A stretch of DNA of 64,000 bases from Candidatus Rhodoferax bjergmarkensis (lineage in GTDB: Bacteria; Pseudomonadota; Gammaproteobacteria; Burkholderiales; Burkholderiaceae_C). The translations under genes and the position numbers were made by a program. The notes under the pieces are model-generated. The model had not been told where the DNA came from and did no database searches. It saw only the letters and a list, made by a program, of their open reading frames with translations. Shown here piece by piece: positions 19,013-29,315 of this stretch. Numbering within the stretch: the first letter of the stretch is position 1; the number at the start of each line of letters is the position of its first letter. The DNA lies in NCBI GenBank assembly GCA_016708345.1, contig JADJFX010000007.1, positions 96,339 through 160,338 on the forward strand, written 5' to 3'.

Positions 19013-20850
19013 GGAATACGAGACACCACATGAGGCCAAGTATCGCACCTTAGAAGCGCCTGCGATCCGCGTGAAGCAGTCCATTTAGCGCCCCACCTGG
19101 CAGATTCACCACCAGGGCTTGATGTTCAAGAGCGTGATGTGCTGGGCGCGGCATGTACCGAGCGCAGAGACATCCCGCAGCGATTCAAAATCGCCACTTT
19201 GACCTCTCACCAGTTGATACGCTGATCGACCTCAAAGTCGGGTACCGGTTGAGCTGCCCCATCCCAGTCGGTTGCCCAATCTGGCTCGGTTTGCGCCCCG
19301 TCATCCATCTGCGCATCACCGCAGTCATCCCACAGCGGTGGTCCGCGCGCTGGGGCTATGTGCGGGGGCTCCGAGTCCACCCCGATGTGATCCAGAATCC
19401 GCCTGATCTGCCTGCCCTCGGTGACAAAGGCGATCAGGCGCATCTGCCCGCCACATAGCGGGCACAGCAACGGGAACACCTCGTAGATGCGGGCGATCAG
19501 CACCGCCCACAGGTAGTGGGCCGGGCGCTTGGTCGGTACGGGTTCGGGCGTGGGTGAAATTGCATTGCCCAGCGGCGCGGGGCGGTGTGCGTCATCGCCC
19601 GTGGCATCTGGCTGGGCATCCGCCATGGCCGTAACCGCTGAGCGCAGCGGCGAGTTCGGCGCCAGCACACCAAAGTAGCGATGCCGGTGGGTGCGCGGTG
19701 GTGGCACCAGGGCGGCAATGCGGTCGATCAGCTCCAGCGCTGTGAGGTGCAGTTCGTCCACCTTGGCGCCACGCTTGTCACTGGTGGGCTCGCTGCGCTG
19801 TTTGGCGCAGCGGTACACCAGGGCTGCGCCCTCTTTGCGAAGGCGTTCCATGGCAAAGGGTGGGCGGGCGCAATACCTCAGCAAGCGCTCCAGGGCTGCG
19901 CGGTCGTCTGCTTCAATGCAGACACCGGCGTCCACCGAGAAGCCGCTGTGCTGGTAGGCCAGCATCTCTTTGGCATCAGCCTTCTCGATCAGGCCCCGGC
20001 CGACGAAGGCGCGCAGGATGCGTCGGCGCAAATCGGTCTGTACCTGGGCCACAGCGGTCTCGTCGATAGCACTGGCCGGGTGAAAAACGATGCCCGGTGG
20101 TGAGGATTGGACGTCGGTTTGGCCCACCACCGCCACCGGTATTTCCTCAAACACGCCATCGACCACACAGACGTGGAAGTGCACATGAGCGTTCAGGCTG
20201 GAGCCGAACCGGTGGATAAACGCCACGGCGCCGATGTGCTTGGCCGCCTTGTCCACATTTGCCGCACCGGGGCTGTGGGTCTGCAGGCTTTGCGCAATGA
20301 CCCGCAGGAAGATGCGCAGCACCATGTTGAGCACTGCCCCGTCACGCTGCATGAAATAGCGCAGTCGCTTCGGCACCGACAGCACCCACTGGCGCACCGG
20401 CAGGCGGGGGAAGACGTGGTCGCAGAGGTGCGCCGCCGTCTCCACCATGCGCCGGGTGTTGCACGAGGGGCACACGCCCCGGCCTTTGCAGGAATAGGCC
20501 ACGAAGTAGTCGTGCCCGCAGTCATCACACCACGCCCGGGCAAAGCCATGGGCGAAGATGCCGCATTCCAGATATTTGCGAAAGGCTTGGCGGACATAGG
20601 GCCTGGGGCTGTGGTGGTCGCCCTGGCCATCGAACTGACCGGCACTGGCCAACTCAAACCAGGTCTCAAAATGCTCGGCTATGGTTTGGTACAGCAGGGT
20701 CCGCTCGGGGTGGTGCCGGTTGTAGAGCTTTGGCTTTGTACCCGCTTGCCCGCCCGCGTGTGAATGCGCTTGCGTTGGGCGTGCAGTGGCGGGCATGGGG
20801 CAGTGCCAGCGTGGGCTGGGTGCCTGATGATACTGGGTTTATATCCAGCT
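19013..20850 (-). mobile_element. ISCR-type (IS91 family) element, copy 1 (type C)
   Basis: Intact 529-aa ORF 19207-20796 with Zn motifs CDDC/CKGRGVCPSC, HUH motif HVHFH and single-Tyr RLLRYCARPP; degenerate ori end near 19011. Confidence 0.92.
20833..20848. promoter_or_regulatory. LexA (SOS) box upstream of transposase copy 1
   Basis: taCTGGGTTTATATCCAGct fits CTG-N10-CAG. Confidence 0.7.
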
Positions 20851-20853
20851 TCG

Positions 20854-21182
20854 TCACAGGCAGAGCCAACCACTGGGCGCGCAAATAACGTCATCATTGT
20901 GGACTTTCCCGACCCCACCAATTTTTCCATCGGCAAGCTCTACAACAAACGCCTCGTCATTGTCAAAGCGCCAGTGAAAGCGGGAAGGCTGGGCGGTGAA
21001 GAACGAAACCGCCTTGTAGGGTGTCACCGTGCCCACGGTGCGCAGTACTCGCGCGGTTTTCACTTCGATCGCCCACAATGACATCGGCCTCAAGGGGTAG
21101 GGTCCATCCAACCCTGCGGGCTGTCGAGCGATGCCTGGGTGATGGTGTCCGGGTTGGGGGGAATCTGGGGAAGACGGGACAT
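20854..21182 (-). pseudogene. Small cupin-like protein, frameshifted, ending at the copy 1 boundary
   Basis: AAGGAG RBS before ATG at 21182; FTAQPSRFHWRFDNDEAF...DDVICAPSGW resembles cupin_3 motifs. Confidence 0.35.
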
Positions 21183-21309
21183 GGGGGAACTCCTTATGGA
21201 TGAAAAGAGAGGTACGGTTTGCTAGTAAATATGACGAATGTCATATTCGTGCAAATGCGGGGTAGCATTGCTGACGCCCGGGGGTCGTCATAGTTGGAAT
21301 GCGAAACAC

Positions 21310-21923
21310 ATGTCCCTGAACACCCGCGAAAAAATGATTTCTGGCGCCGCCGACCTGATCAGTCGCCGGGGGATCAATGGCACCAGTCTGCGCAACGTGG
21401 TAGACCACACGGGCACCCCGCGCGGCTCGCTTGCGCATCACTTCCCGGTGGCAAGATGCAGATGCTGGAAGAGGCCATCGCCTTTGCGTCCGACGCGGTG
21501 GCCGTTCCGCTGCACAGCGCCGTGGCGGACAAGGGCGTGGTGGCGGGCTTGCGCAGCTTCATTGGTTGGTGGCGTGCGCTTCTGCTTGCGTCGGACTTTG
21601 AAGCCGGTTGCGCCGTGATGGCCGTGGCCGTGGAGCCCCTGACCAGTACGGAGGGTGCCGCGCCCGAATCACCGGGCCAGCCCGAAAAATTGAGGGCTTT
21701 GGCACACGCCGCCTTTGGTCGTTGGGAAACCATCCTGACTGATGCCTTGTGCCAAGAGGGTGTGGACACCGCCCAAGCCAAGCGCTTGGCGGTATTGTGC
21801 GTGGCCGCGATTGAAGGCACGGTCGCCCTCTGCCGCGCCGCACGCAGCCCGCAAGCCTTGGACGATGTACTGCAGGAATTGGAAGCCCTGCTCGTGGTGC
21901 GCATCGCAAGCGCCCAGGCATAA
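21310..21923 (+). CDS. TetR-family regulator (one frameshift near 21445)
   Basis: TREKMISGAADLISRRGINGTSLRNVVDHTGTPRGSLAHHFP HTH; GCAVMAVAVE. Confidence 0.85.
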
Positions 21924-21947
21924 GAGCATGTTCTGAGGCGTTACAGC

Positions 21948-22898
21948 CTACGCAGCCACCGGCTGGCGTGCCTGCGCCGCCGGTGCTACCCGCATTAGCC
22001 CTTCCTGCGCAACGGAGGCCACCAGCCTACCCTGCTGAAAAAATTCACCTTTGCACAGGGCCCGTCCTCCACCGATATTGCGGCACTCGACCACGTACAG
22101 CAACCAGTCATCCATGCGAAACGGGCGGTGGAACCACAGCGTGTGGTCCAGGCTGGCCAGGCGTACTTCGCCGCGCGCCAGACTCAGCGGGTAGGGGGCA
22201 ATGGCGGTCACCAGCAAACCATGGTCGGACGCATATGCCAGCAAGGCCTGGTGCAAGGCCATATCTCCAGGCAGGTTTTGGCAGGCCTTGAGCCAGATGC
22301 GGGTCGGCCCTTCTGCACGAACCGGGTTGAGCATGTCCAGCGGCGTTTCACGCCGGTACTCAATGCCTAAAGGGGCCAATCGCAAGGCGCGCTGGTGCAC
22401 GGGCCATTGTTCGGCGGTCTGGGCCCGGTACGCGGTCTCACTTTGCAGTCCGCTGGGGCCAACCACCGCTGGCTGCGGCGGGTGGGCGTCCATGCCGGGC
22501 TCCGGCACCTGGGCCGATACGGTGGCTTCAAAAATGACGCCGCCGCTTTGCGATGCCGTCACCCGGCGGGCGCTGTAGTTTTTCCCGTCGCGCAAGCGCT
22601 CTACGGCATAGTCGATGGGCGCTTGCACCCCGAGTGATAGGAAATATGCATGCAGGGAATGCAACTCCCCCTGCGCGGGCAAGGTGGCTCTGGCGGCCAT
22701 CACCGCCTGCGCCAACACCAGCCCGCCATAAACCGAGGGTGTTCCGATGTCATGGCAGGGCCCGGTAAAACGACCGTCGCCAACGGGCTTCACCGCAACG
22801 ATCGTTGGTAAATCTCGCCCGGCCAGGCCTTCGTCGGCAACGGCAGCAAGGGGCGCGCGCAATACGCTGGAAATGGAAGTATCAGTTGGCATGTGCAA
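21948..22898 (-). CDS. tesB: Acyl-CoA thioesterase II
   Basis: VYGGLVLAQA, LHSLHAYF, LAYASDHGLL, ASLDHTLWFH. Confidence 0.88.
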   Translation of the reverse strand: MHMPTDTSISSVLRAPLAAVADEGLAGRDLPTIVAVKPVGDGRFTGPCHDIGTPSVYGGLVLAQAVMAARATLPAQGELHSLHAYFLSLGVQAPIDYAVERLRDGKNYSARRVTASQSGGVIFEATVSAQVPEPGMDAHPPQPAVVGPSGLQSETAYRAQTAEQWPVHQRALRLAPLGIEYRRETPLDMLNPVRAEGPTRIWLKACQNLPGDMALHQALLAYASDHGLLVTAIAPYPLSLARGEVRLASLDHTLWFHRPFRMDDWLLYVVECRNIGGGRALCKGEFFQQGRLVASVAQEGLMRVAPAAQARQPVAA

Positions 22899-23001
22899 TT
22901 CGGGATTTGGAGAAAACCCAAATTATGTCAACTGACATAACACACCACTGTCGCGCAGGTTCCGCACGCTTCAGCCGTGGCCAATTGATGCCGCGAAACT
23001 G

Positions 23002-23469
23002 CTATGCAGACGGCGCGCTGGACTCGGGTGGGCTGCTTGCAAGGCCGGGGCCGGGCTCGACCTGCATGTCAAAGGGTGAAAGGGTTTCCTTGCATTCGGA
23101 GCACGTCAGCACGGCGGTGGTGATATGGCCGCAGTTGCGGTGGCGGTGCAGGGCCGGGGGGCCTTCGGGGCCGACCATCCAGCGGTCGCCCCACTGCTTG
23201 AGCAAAAGGATGACGGGATAAAGGTCGCGCCCTTTTTCGGTGAGGCGGTATTCGAAGCGGGGTGGATTGTTCTGGTACTCCCGCCGCTCCAAAACGCCTT
23301 CGGCCACCAGCCGCTCCAGCCGGTCGGCCAGGCGGTGGCGTGACATACCCAGGCTGCGCTGCAGCTCGTCAAAGCGCCGAATGCCCAAAAAAGGCGTCGC
23401 GCACGATCAGGCCAGTCCAACGGTCGCCCACTACCGAGAGCGCACGGGCAATCGAGCACGGCGTTTCAT
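23002..23469 (-). CDS. HxlR-family winged-helix regulator (frameshift near 5' end)
   Basis: RRFDELQRSLGMSRHRLADRLERLVAEGVLER..YQNNPPRFEYRLTEKGRDL. Confidence 0.85.
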
Positions 23470-23578
23470 GAATTTCATCCCATCGCATGTCGCCAGTGTA
23501 ACAACTAAGTTCTGTTTTGGAACTATGATGCGATCAAGTTCCGTTTTGGAACTTACAACTTTTGACAAGGAATTCACC

Positions 23579-24367
23579 ATGACATCCACAGCCTCCCCCA
23601 TTTCGCGCGAAGTTCGCGGCCATGTCTTTCTGATTGGCCTGAACCGCGTGGACAAGAAAAACGCCTTCAACCTGGCCATGCTGCGCGAGCTGTCCGCCGC
23701 CATTGGCGAGTACGAAGCCAACCCCGAGCTGCGCGCTGCCGTCCTCTTCACCCATGGTGAAGACTTCACCGCAGGCCTGGACTTGATGGATGTGGCACCC
23801 GCCATGGCCGGTGACGCAGGCATCGTTGAAGAAGGTGCATTCGATCCCGTCGGCGTGCACGGCAAGACCCGCACCAAGCCGCTGGTGTGCGCCGTGCAGG
23901 GCCTGTGCCTGACCCTGGGCATTGAATTGATGCTGGCCTCCGACATCGTGGTGGCAGGTGACGACACCCGCATGGCCCAGATCGAAATCAAGCGCGGCAT
24001 CTTCCCCTTTGGTGGCGCCAACCAGCGTTGGGTGGCAGCTTCGGGCTGGGGCAACGCCATGCGCTACCTGTTGACGGGCGACGAACTTGACGCGGCCACC
24101 GCCTACCGTATCGGTATGGTGCAGGAAGTGGTCAGCCCCGACCAAGTCCTGTCCCGCGCGCTGGAGCTGGCCAATACGATTGCCGCCCAGGCCCCACTGG
24201 GTGTGGCCGCCACGCTGCGCTCGGCACGCATAGGTGTGGAGGAAGGCCAGCAGGCTGCATTCCAGCATTTGGTGCCGGAAATTCACAAGCTAATGGTGAC
24301 GGAAGACGCGCGTGAAGGTGTGATGTCCTTCATGCAGCGCCGCGCCGCGCAGTTCAAGGGCCGGTAA
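23579..24367 (+). CDS. Enoyl-CoA hydratase/isomerase (crotonase family)
   Basis: FTAGLDL, GIELMLASDIVVA, EIKRGIFPFGG. Confidence 0.9.
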   Translation: MTSTASPISREVRGHVFLIGLNRVDKKNAFNLAMLRELSAAIGEYEANPELRAAVLFTHGEDFTAGLDLMDVAPAMAGDAGIVEEGAFDPVGVHGKTRTKPLVCAVQGLCLTLGIELMLASDIVVAGDDTRMAQIEIKRGIFPFGGANQRWVAASGWGNAMRYLLTGDELDAATAYRIGMVQEVVSPDQVLSRALELANTIAAQAPLGVAATLRSARIGVEEGQQAAFQHLVPEIHKLMVTEDAREGVMSFMQRRAAQFKGR

Positions 24368-24378
24368 GGCAAGCTGCC

Positions 24379-24807
24379 ATGAGCCCATCTGTATTACTCA
24401 CCATCCATCTGTTCGCGGTTGCGTTCTGGCTCGGCGTCGTGGGCGTGGAATACCTGCTGGAACGCGGCCGCGCCCATAGCCACCAACATGGCTTCAACGT
24501 GGCACGCCTGCACTTTCAGATCGACACATGTCTGGAAATGCCGACCTTTCTGGTGGTGCTGGCCACAGGGTTGGCCCTGCTGGAGCCGCAGCGCATGAGT
24601 GGGCTGTATGCGCTCAAGGTGGCGGCGGGCGCGTTGGCCGTGCTGGGCAACGTGCTGTGCGTTGTCCCCATCGTGTTGCGCAAACGCGCCGCCGAGCGCC
24701 AAGACCTGGGCGCCGTCATCCGTTACTCCCGCTGGGTGGATCGGATTTCCGCCACCGCCATTCCTGCCGGGCTGGCTGCGTTTGCACTCGGCTGGGCCTT
24801 GCCCTGA
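24379..24807 (+). CDS. Small integral membrane protein
   Basis: About four hydrophobic segments; in operon between the crotonase and the ACAD. Confidence 0.7.
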   Translation: MSPSVLLTIHLFAVAFWLGVVGVEYLLERGRAHSHQHGFNVARLHFQIDTCLEMPTFLVVLATGLALLEPQRMSGLYALKVAAGALAVLGNVLCVVPIVLRKRAAERQDLGAVIRYSRWVDRISATAIPAGLAAFALGWALP

Positions 24808-24888
24808 CTGGTTGCCACCGTACAACCACTCCCCGCGTGGCCCCAAAGCAGGGGCCACGCTTCCTATCCCTCTTCACCGACACCCCCC

Positions 24889-26688
24889 ATGAATCTGTAC
24901 CAAGCCCCCCTGCGCGACATGCGCTTTGTATTGCACGAACTGCTCAACGTGGAGCAGCACTACACCTCCATTCCCGCCTTCGCCGAAGTCAACCGCGAAC
25001 TGGTGGACAGCATCCTGGACGTGGGCGCCCGTTTCGCCGAGCAGGAACTGTCGCCCTTGAACCGCAGCGGCGACGAAGAAGGGTGCCACTACCACGACGG
25101 AACCGTCACCACCCCGAAAGGTTTCAAGGAGGCCTACGCCCAGTACCTCGACCTGGGGCTGGGCTCGCTGTCCGCCCCGCAGGCGTATGGAGGCCAGGGC
25201 CTACCGCCCTCCCTGGACATTGCCGTGGGCGAAATGAATGGCACCGCCAACTGGTCCTGGGGCATGTACCCCGGCCTGTCGCGGGGCGCCATTGAAACCA
25301 TCAAGGCACATGGCACCGATGCGCAAAAGAACACCTACCTGTCCAAAATGACCAACGGCATCTGGACTGGCACCATGTGTTTGACCGAGTCGCATGCCGG
25401 CTCGGACCTGGGGTTGATCCGCACCAAGGCCATTGAGCAGGACGACGGCTCCTACGCCCTGCACGGCACCAAGGTATTTATCTCGGCGGGGGAACACGAT
25501 ATGGCCGACAACATCGTGCACATCGTGCTGGCCCGTTTGCCCGACGCCCCCAAAGGCACCAAAGGTATTTCGCTCTTCATCGTCCCCAAATACCTGCCCG
25601 ATGCTGGTGGCGAGGTGGGGCCCCGCAACGGCGTGCACTGCGGTGGCATTGAGCACAAGATGGGCATCAAGGCGTCAGCCACCTGCACCATCAACTTCGA
25701 TGGCGCCACGGGTTTTCTCATCGGCGAGCCCAACAAAGGGCTGCAGTGCATGTTCACTTTCATGAACGCGGCGCGGGTGGGCACCGCCGTGCAGGGCGTC
25801 TGCGCAGCCGAAGGGGCCTTCCAGGGTGCCCTGCGCTATGCGAAAGACCGCGTGGCCATGCGTTCACTCAACGGCCCTAGCCACCCGGAGCTGGAGGCCG
25901 ATCCCATCATCGTCCACCCCGCCGTGCGGACCATGCTGCTGACACAAAAAACCTTTGCCGAAGGTGGCCGCGCACTGGTGTACTGGCTGGCGACGCAAAT
26001 CGACCTGGCCGCGCACGCCTCCACCCCCGAAGCGCGGCAGCAGGCGGACGACCTGATGAGCATTCTGACCCCCATCGCCAAGGCATTCCTCACCGAAATG
26101 GGCAGTGAAGCCGCCAAACATGGTGTGCAGGTGTACGGTGGGCATGGGTTCATCCGCGAATGGGGCATGGAGCAAATCGTGCGCGACACCCGCATCGCCT
26201 GCCTGTACGAAGGCACCACCGAAATCCAGGCCTTGGATTTACTTGGCCGCAAAGTACTGCAAACACAGGGCGAATTGCTCAAAAAATTCACCCGCATCAT
26301 TCACAAGTTCTGCGAGGCCCACGCAGCACAAGCGGGCATGGACGAATTCGTCGCCCCACTCCAGTCATTGAACAAAACCTGGAGCGACCTGACCATGGAC
26401 ATTGGCATGAAAGCACTGATGAACCGCGATGAGGTCGGTGGCAGCGCCGTGGACTACCTGTATTTTTCGGGCTATGTCACCCTGGCCTATATATGGGCCT
26501 GGATGGCCGAGACGGCCTCGCGTCGTCTGTCCGAAAACCCCGAGCAAGCCGACTTCTACCACGCCAAGGTGCAAACCGCGCAGTTCTACTACCGCAAATT
26601 GCTGCCCAGGGCGCAGGCGCACCTTGCGTGCATTCAGGGTGGTTTGGTGGTCGTACAGCAAATGCCTGTCGCAGCATTTGCGTTTTGA
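24889..26688 (+). CDS. Acyl-CoA dehydrogenase (about 600-aa class with C-terminal extension)
   Basis: WTGTMCLTE, GTKVFISAG, GIEHKMGI, YEGTTEIQ. Confidence 0.93.
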   Translation: MNLYQAPLRDMRFVLHELLNVEQHYTSIPAFAEVNRELVDSILDVGARFAEQELSPLNRSGDEEGCHYHDGTVTTPKGFKEAYAQYLDLGLGSLSAPQAYGGQGLPPSLDIAVGEMNGTANWSWGMYPGLSRGAIETIKAHGTDAQKNTYLSKMTNGIWTGTMCLTESHAGSDLGLIRTKAIEQDDGSYALHGTKVFISAGEHDMADNIVHIVLARLPDAPKGTKGISLFIVPKYLPDAGGEVGPRNGVHCGGIEHKMGIKASATCTINFDGATGFLIGEPNKGLQCMFTFMNAARVGTAVQGVCAAEGAFQGALRYAKDRVAMRSLNGPSHPELEADPIIVHPAVRTMLLTQKTFAEGGRALVYWLATQIDLAAHASTPEARQQADDLMSILTPIAKAFLTEMGSEAAKHGVQVYGGHGFIREWGMEQIVRDTRIACLYEGTTEIQALDLLGRKVLQTQGELLKKFTRIIHKFCEAHAAQAGMDEFVAPLQSLNKTWSDLTMDIGMKALMNRDEVGGSAVDYLYFSGYVTLAYIWAWMAETASRRLSENPEQADFYHAKVQTAQFYYRKLLPRAQAHLACIQGGLVVVQQMPVAAFAF

Positions 26689-26694
26689 TCAGAC

Positions 26695-26728
26695 AAAAAA
26701 AATAAAGGGGGCGCTACACGCGCCCCTT
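26695..26728 (-). terminator. Intrinsic terminator between the convergent ACAD and rlmD 3' end
   Basis: GGGGCGC-TACAC-GCGCCCC stem with an A-run on the left (U-tract on the minus strand). Confidence 0.6.
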
Positions 26729-26756
26729 GCAACACCATCCGTCCTTCAAGCAGCCC

Positions 26757-26834
26757 TTACCCCTGCAACTCAAACACCGCCATGCTTTCCACATGCGCCG
26801 TGTGGGGGAACATGTTCACCACGCCCGCCATGAC
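26757..26834 (-). pseudogene. rlmD: Last ~25 codons of the 23S rRNA m5U methyltransferase RlmD
   Basis: MAGVVNMFPHTAHVESMAVFELQG*; directly abuts oriIS of copy 2. Confidence 0.8.
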
Positions 26835-28755
26835 GGATAGGCCATTCAACCGCCCTAGCCGAAGTATCGCGCCCCGGTATAGCCTTCGAGCCCCGTGAAA
26901 ACCCTGAGTTTCTTGCCCGCGTTGCTGGTTCACCAGCAAAATGCACCGTCGCCAGAGCCTATAGCGCTGCTGCGGGTGCGTCGGGCGCAGGCCTACCCTG
27001 CAGCGATTCAAAATCGTCGCTTCGCCCATTCACCAACTGATGCGCTGGTCTACCTCGTAGTCGGGGCTGGTTGCTCTGCTAAATCCCAACCCGACTCGCT
27101 TTGCACCCCTTCACCTGTCTGCGCATCACCACCGTCCTCCCACAGCGGTGGCCCGCGTGCCGGGGAGATGTGCGGGGGATCAGTCTCCACCCCGATGTGG
27201 TTCAGAATCTTCTTGATCTGCGTGCCCTCGGTAATGAACGCAATCAGACGCATCTGGCCACCGCACTTTGGGCACAGCAGCGGGAAAACCTCGTAAATGC
27301 GGGCGATCAAAACGGCCCACAGGTAGTGCGCTGGGCGCTTGGGCGGCACCGGCTCTGCAGGCCCGCTCTGGCCTGGGAGCACATTGCCCAGCGGTGCCAC
27401 ACCAGGCGCACCCTCCCCCGTGGTGCTCGGCTGCGCCGTGGCCGGGTGGGCCGGTGCTGCAAGCGCTGTGACCGCAGCCCTGAGCGGCGAATTCGGGGCC
27501 AGCACACCAAAGTAGCGGTGCCGATGCGTGCGTGGTGGCGGCACCAGGGCTGCTATGCGGTCGATCAGCTCCAGCGGTGTGAGGGTGATTTCGTCTACCT
27601 TGGCACCGCGCTTGTCACTGGTGGGCTCGCTGCGCTGCTTGGCACAGCGGTACACCAGGGCTGCGCCCTCTTTGCGAAGGCGGTCCATGGCAAAGGGCGG
27701 GCGGGCGCAGTAGCGCAGTAAGCGCTCCAGCGCAGCGCGGTCGTGTGCTTGGATGCACACACCGGCATCCACCGAGAAGCCGCTGTGCGTGTAGGCCAGC
27801 ATGTCTTTGGCGTCACAACTCTCCAGCAGGCCCCGAGCGACGAAGGCGCGCAGGATGCGTTTTTGCAGGGTGGTCTGCACTTGGGCAACGGCATCCGCAT
27901 CGATGGCGCTGGCCGGGTGGAAGATGACGCTCGGCGCAGGGGCTGGAGGAACATCCGCGTCGCCCTCGCCCGCCACCGCCTCAATCACCCCATCGACCAC
28001 GCAGACGTGGAAATGCACATGCTGGTTCAGGCTGGAGCCGAATCGGTGGATAAAGGCGATGGCCCCGATGTGCAGGGCGGCCTTGTCTACCTGTGCCGCA
28101 CCGGGGCTGTGGGTCTGCAGGCTTTGCGCGATGACCCGCAGAAAAATACGCAGCACCATGCCCAGCACTGCCCCCATCGCGCTGCATGAAGTAGCGCAGC
28201 CGCTTTGGCACCGACAGCACCCACTGGCGCACCGGCAGGCGGGGGAAGACGTGGTCCGTGAGGTGTGCCGCCGTCTCCACCATACGCCGGGTGTTGCACG
28301 AGGGGCACACGCCACGGCCTTTGCAGGAAAAGGCCACAAAGTAGTCGTGGCCGCAGTCGTCACACCAGGCTCTGGCAAAGCCGTGGGCAAAGATGCCGCA
28401 TTCCAGATATTTGCGAAAGGCTTGGCGGACATAGGGCTTTGGGGTGTGGTGGTCGCCCTGCCCGTCGAACTGGCCTGCGCTGGCCAACTCAAACCAGGTC
28501 TCAAAGTGCTCGGCTATGGTTTGGTAGAGCAGGGTTCGCTCAGGGTGGTGCGGGTTGTAGAGTTTGGATTTGCTGCCCGATTGGCCACCCGCTGGCCCAC
28601 CCGCGTGCGGGTGTGAGCAGGCTTGCGCGGTACGGGCGGCGACAGGCATGGTGCAGCGCCAGAGCGAGCGTATTGGCTCGGGCTGGGTGCACCATGTTAC
28701 TGTTTTTATATCCAGTTATATCCGCTTGGTATGGCTTGACAGGCCATCTGCAGAC
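26835..28755 (-). mobile_element. ISCR-type element, copy 2 (type A)
   Basis: oriIS GGATAGGCCATTCAACCGC; transposase in ORFs 27981-28649 and 27050-28504 (frameshifts); hairpin ATGGC-TTGACAG-GCCAT at 28731-28747. Confidence 0.92.
28700..28715. promoter_or_regulatory. LexA box, copy 2
   Basis: taCTGTTTTTATATCCAGtt. Confidence 0.8.
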
Positions 28756-28760
28756 ACTCA

Positions 28761-28834
28761 TTCACTTCTGAATTGATAACTACCTGCGCACGCCAGGCGT
28801 GCGCAAAGGCACTATTTCTATGCATAAACCCGGC
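28761..28834. repeat. REP-like repeat, copy c
   Basis: Perfect hairpin GCGCACG-CCAGG-CGTGCGC. Confidence 0.85.
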
Positions 28835-28918
28835 GTCTTGCGCATGGATTGAGCGTCATGGCTCAAGCCTCACATCGACTCGCTGATGCCCTAATGCCTG
28901 TCCCGACAAGAGTTTCTT

Positions 28919-29070
28919 TCAGCCCCGCATCCACGTATGAAAACGCCCCAGCCAGGCCAGCACTTTGTGGGGTGCATGGGCACGCTTCCATTCCCCGGCC
29001 GCATATTTGTTGGCTTCGGCCAAGGTCGGGTAGGTGTGGATGGTGCCCAGAATTTTGTTCAGCCCCAAGC
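28919..29070 (-). pseudogene. Last ~50 codons of the oxidoreductase
   Basis: LGLNKILGTIHTYPTLAEANKYAAGEWKRAHAPHKVLAWLGRFHTWMRG, nearly identical to 46373-46524. Confidence 0.85.
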
Positions 29071-29315
29071 TCCAGGCTGCACCGACGCTCGCCGGGGCTA
29101 CGGCGTAGCGGTCGCTGGTGCCGTTGCCCACTTGGTCGTAGGCAATGGCGTGGCCGCTGGGGTCGGTGTGACTGCGGGTGTACGGGTCCAGCAGTTGGTG
29201 CGAAACCGCTATCTGCTCAGAAGCGCATTACGCAGGTAGCACGTGGGCTGGAGGCTGGTTTTGTTTAAACTTATTGGGGCTGTGCAGGGTTAATTTGATC
29301 CTGGCCCCTTTTCTC

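Noticed and set aside
28650..28780. An Orf121-like small gene upstream of the transposase (MSVCRWPVKPY...)
   Set aside because: The ORF runs through the promoter and LexA box, is not conserved in types B and C, and joins the transposase only through an indel in copy 4.
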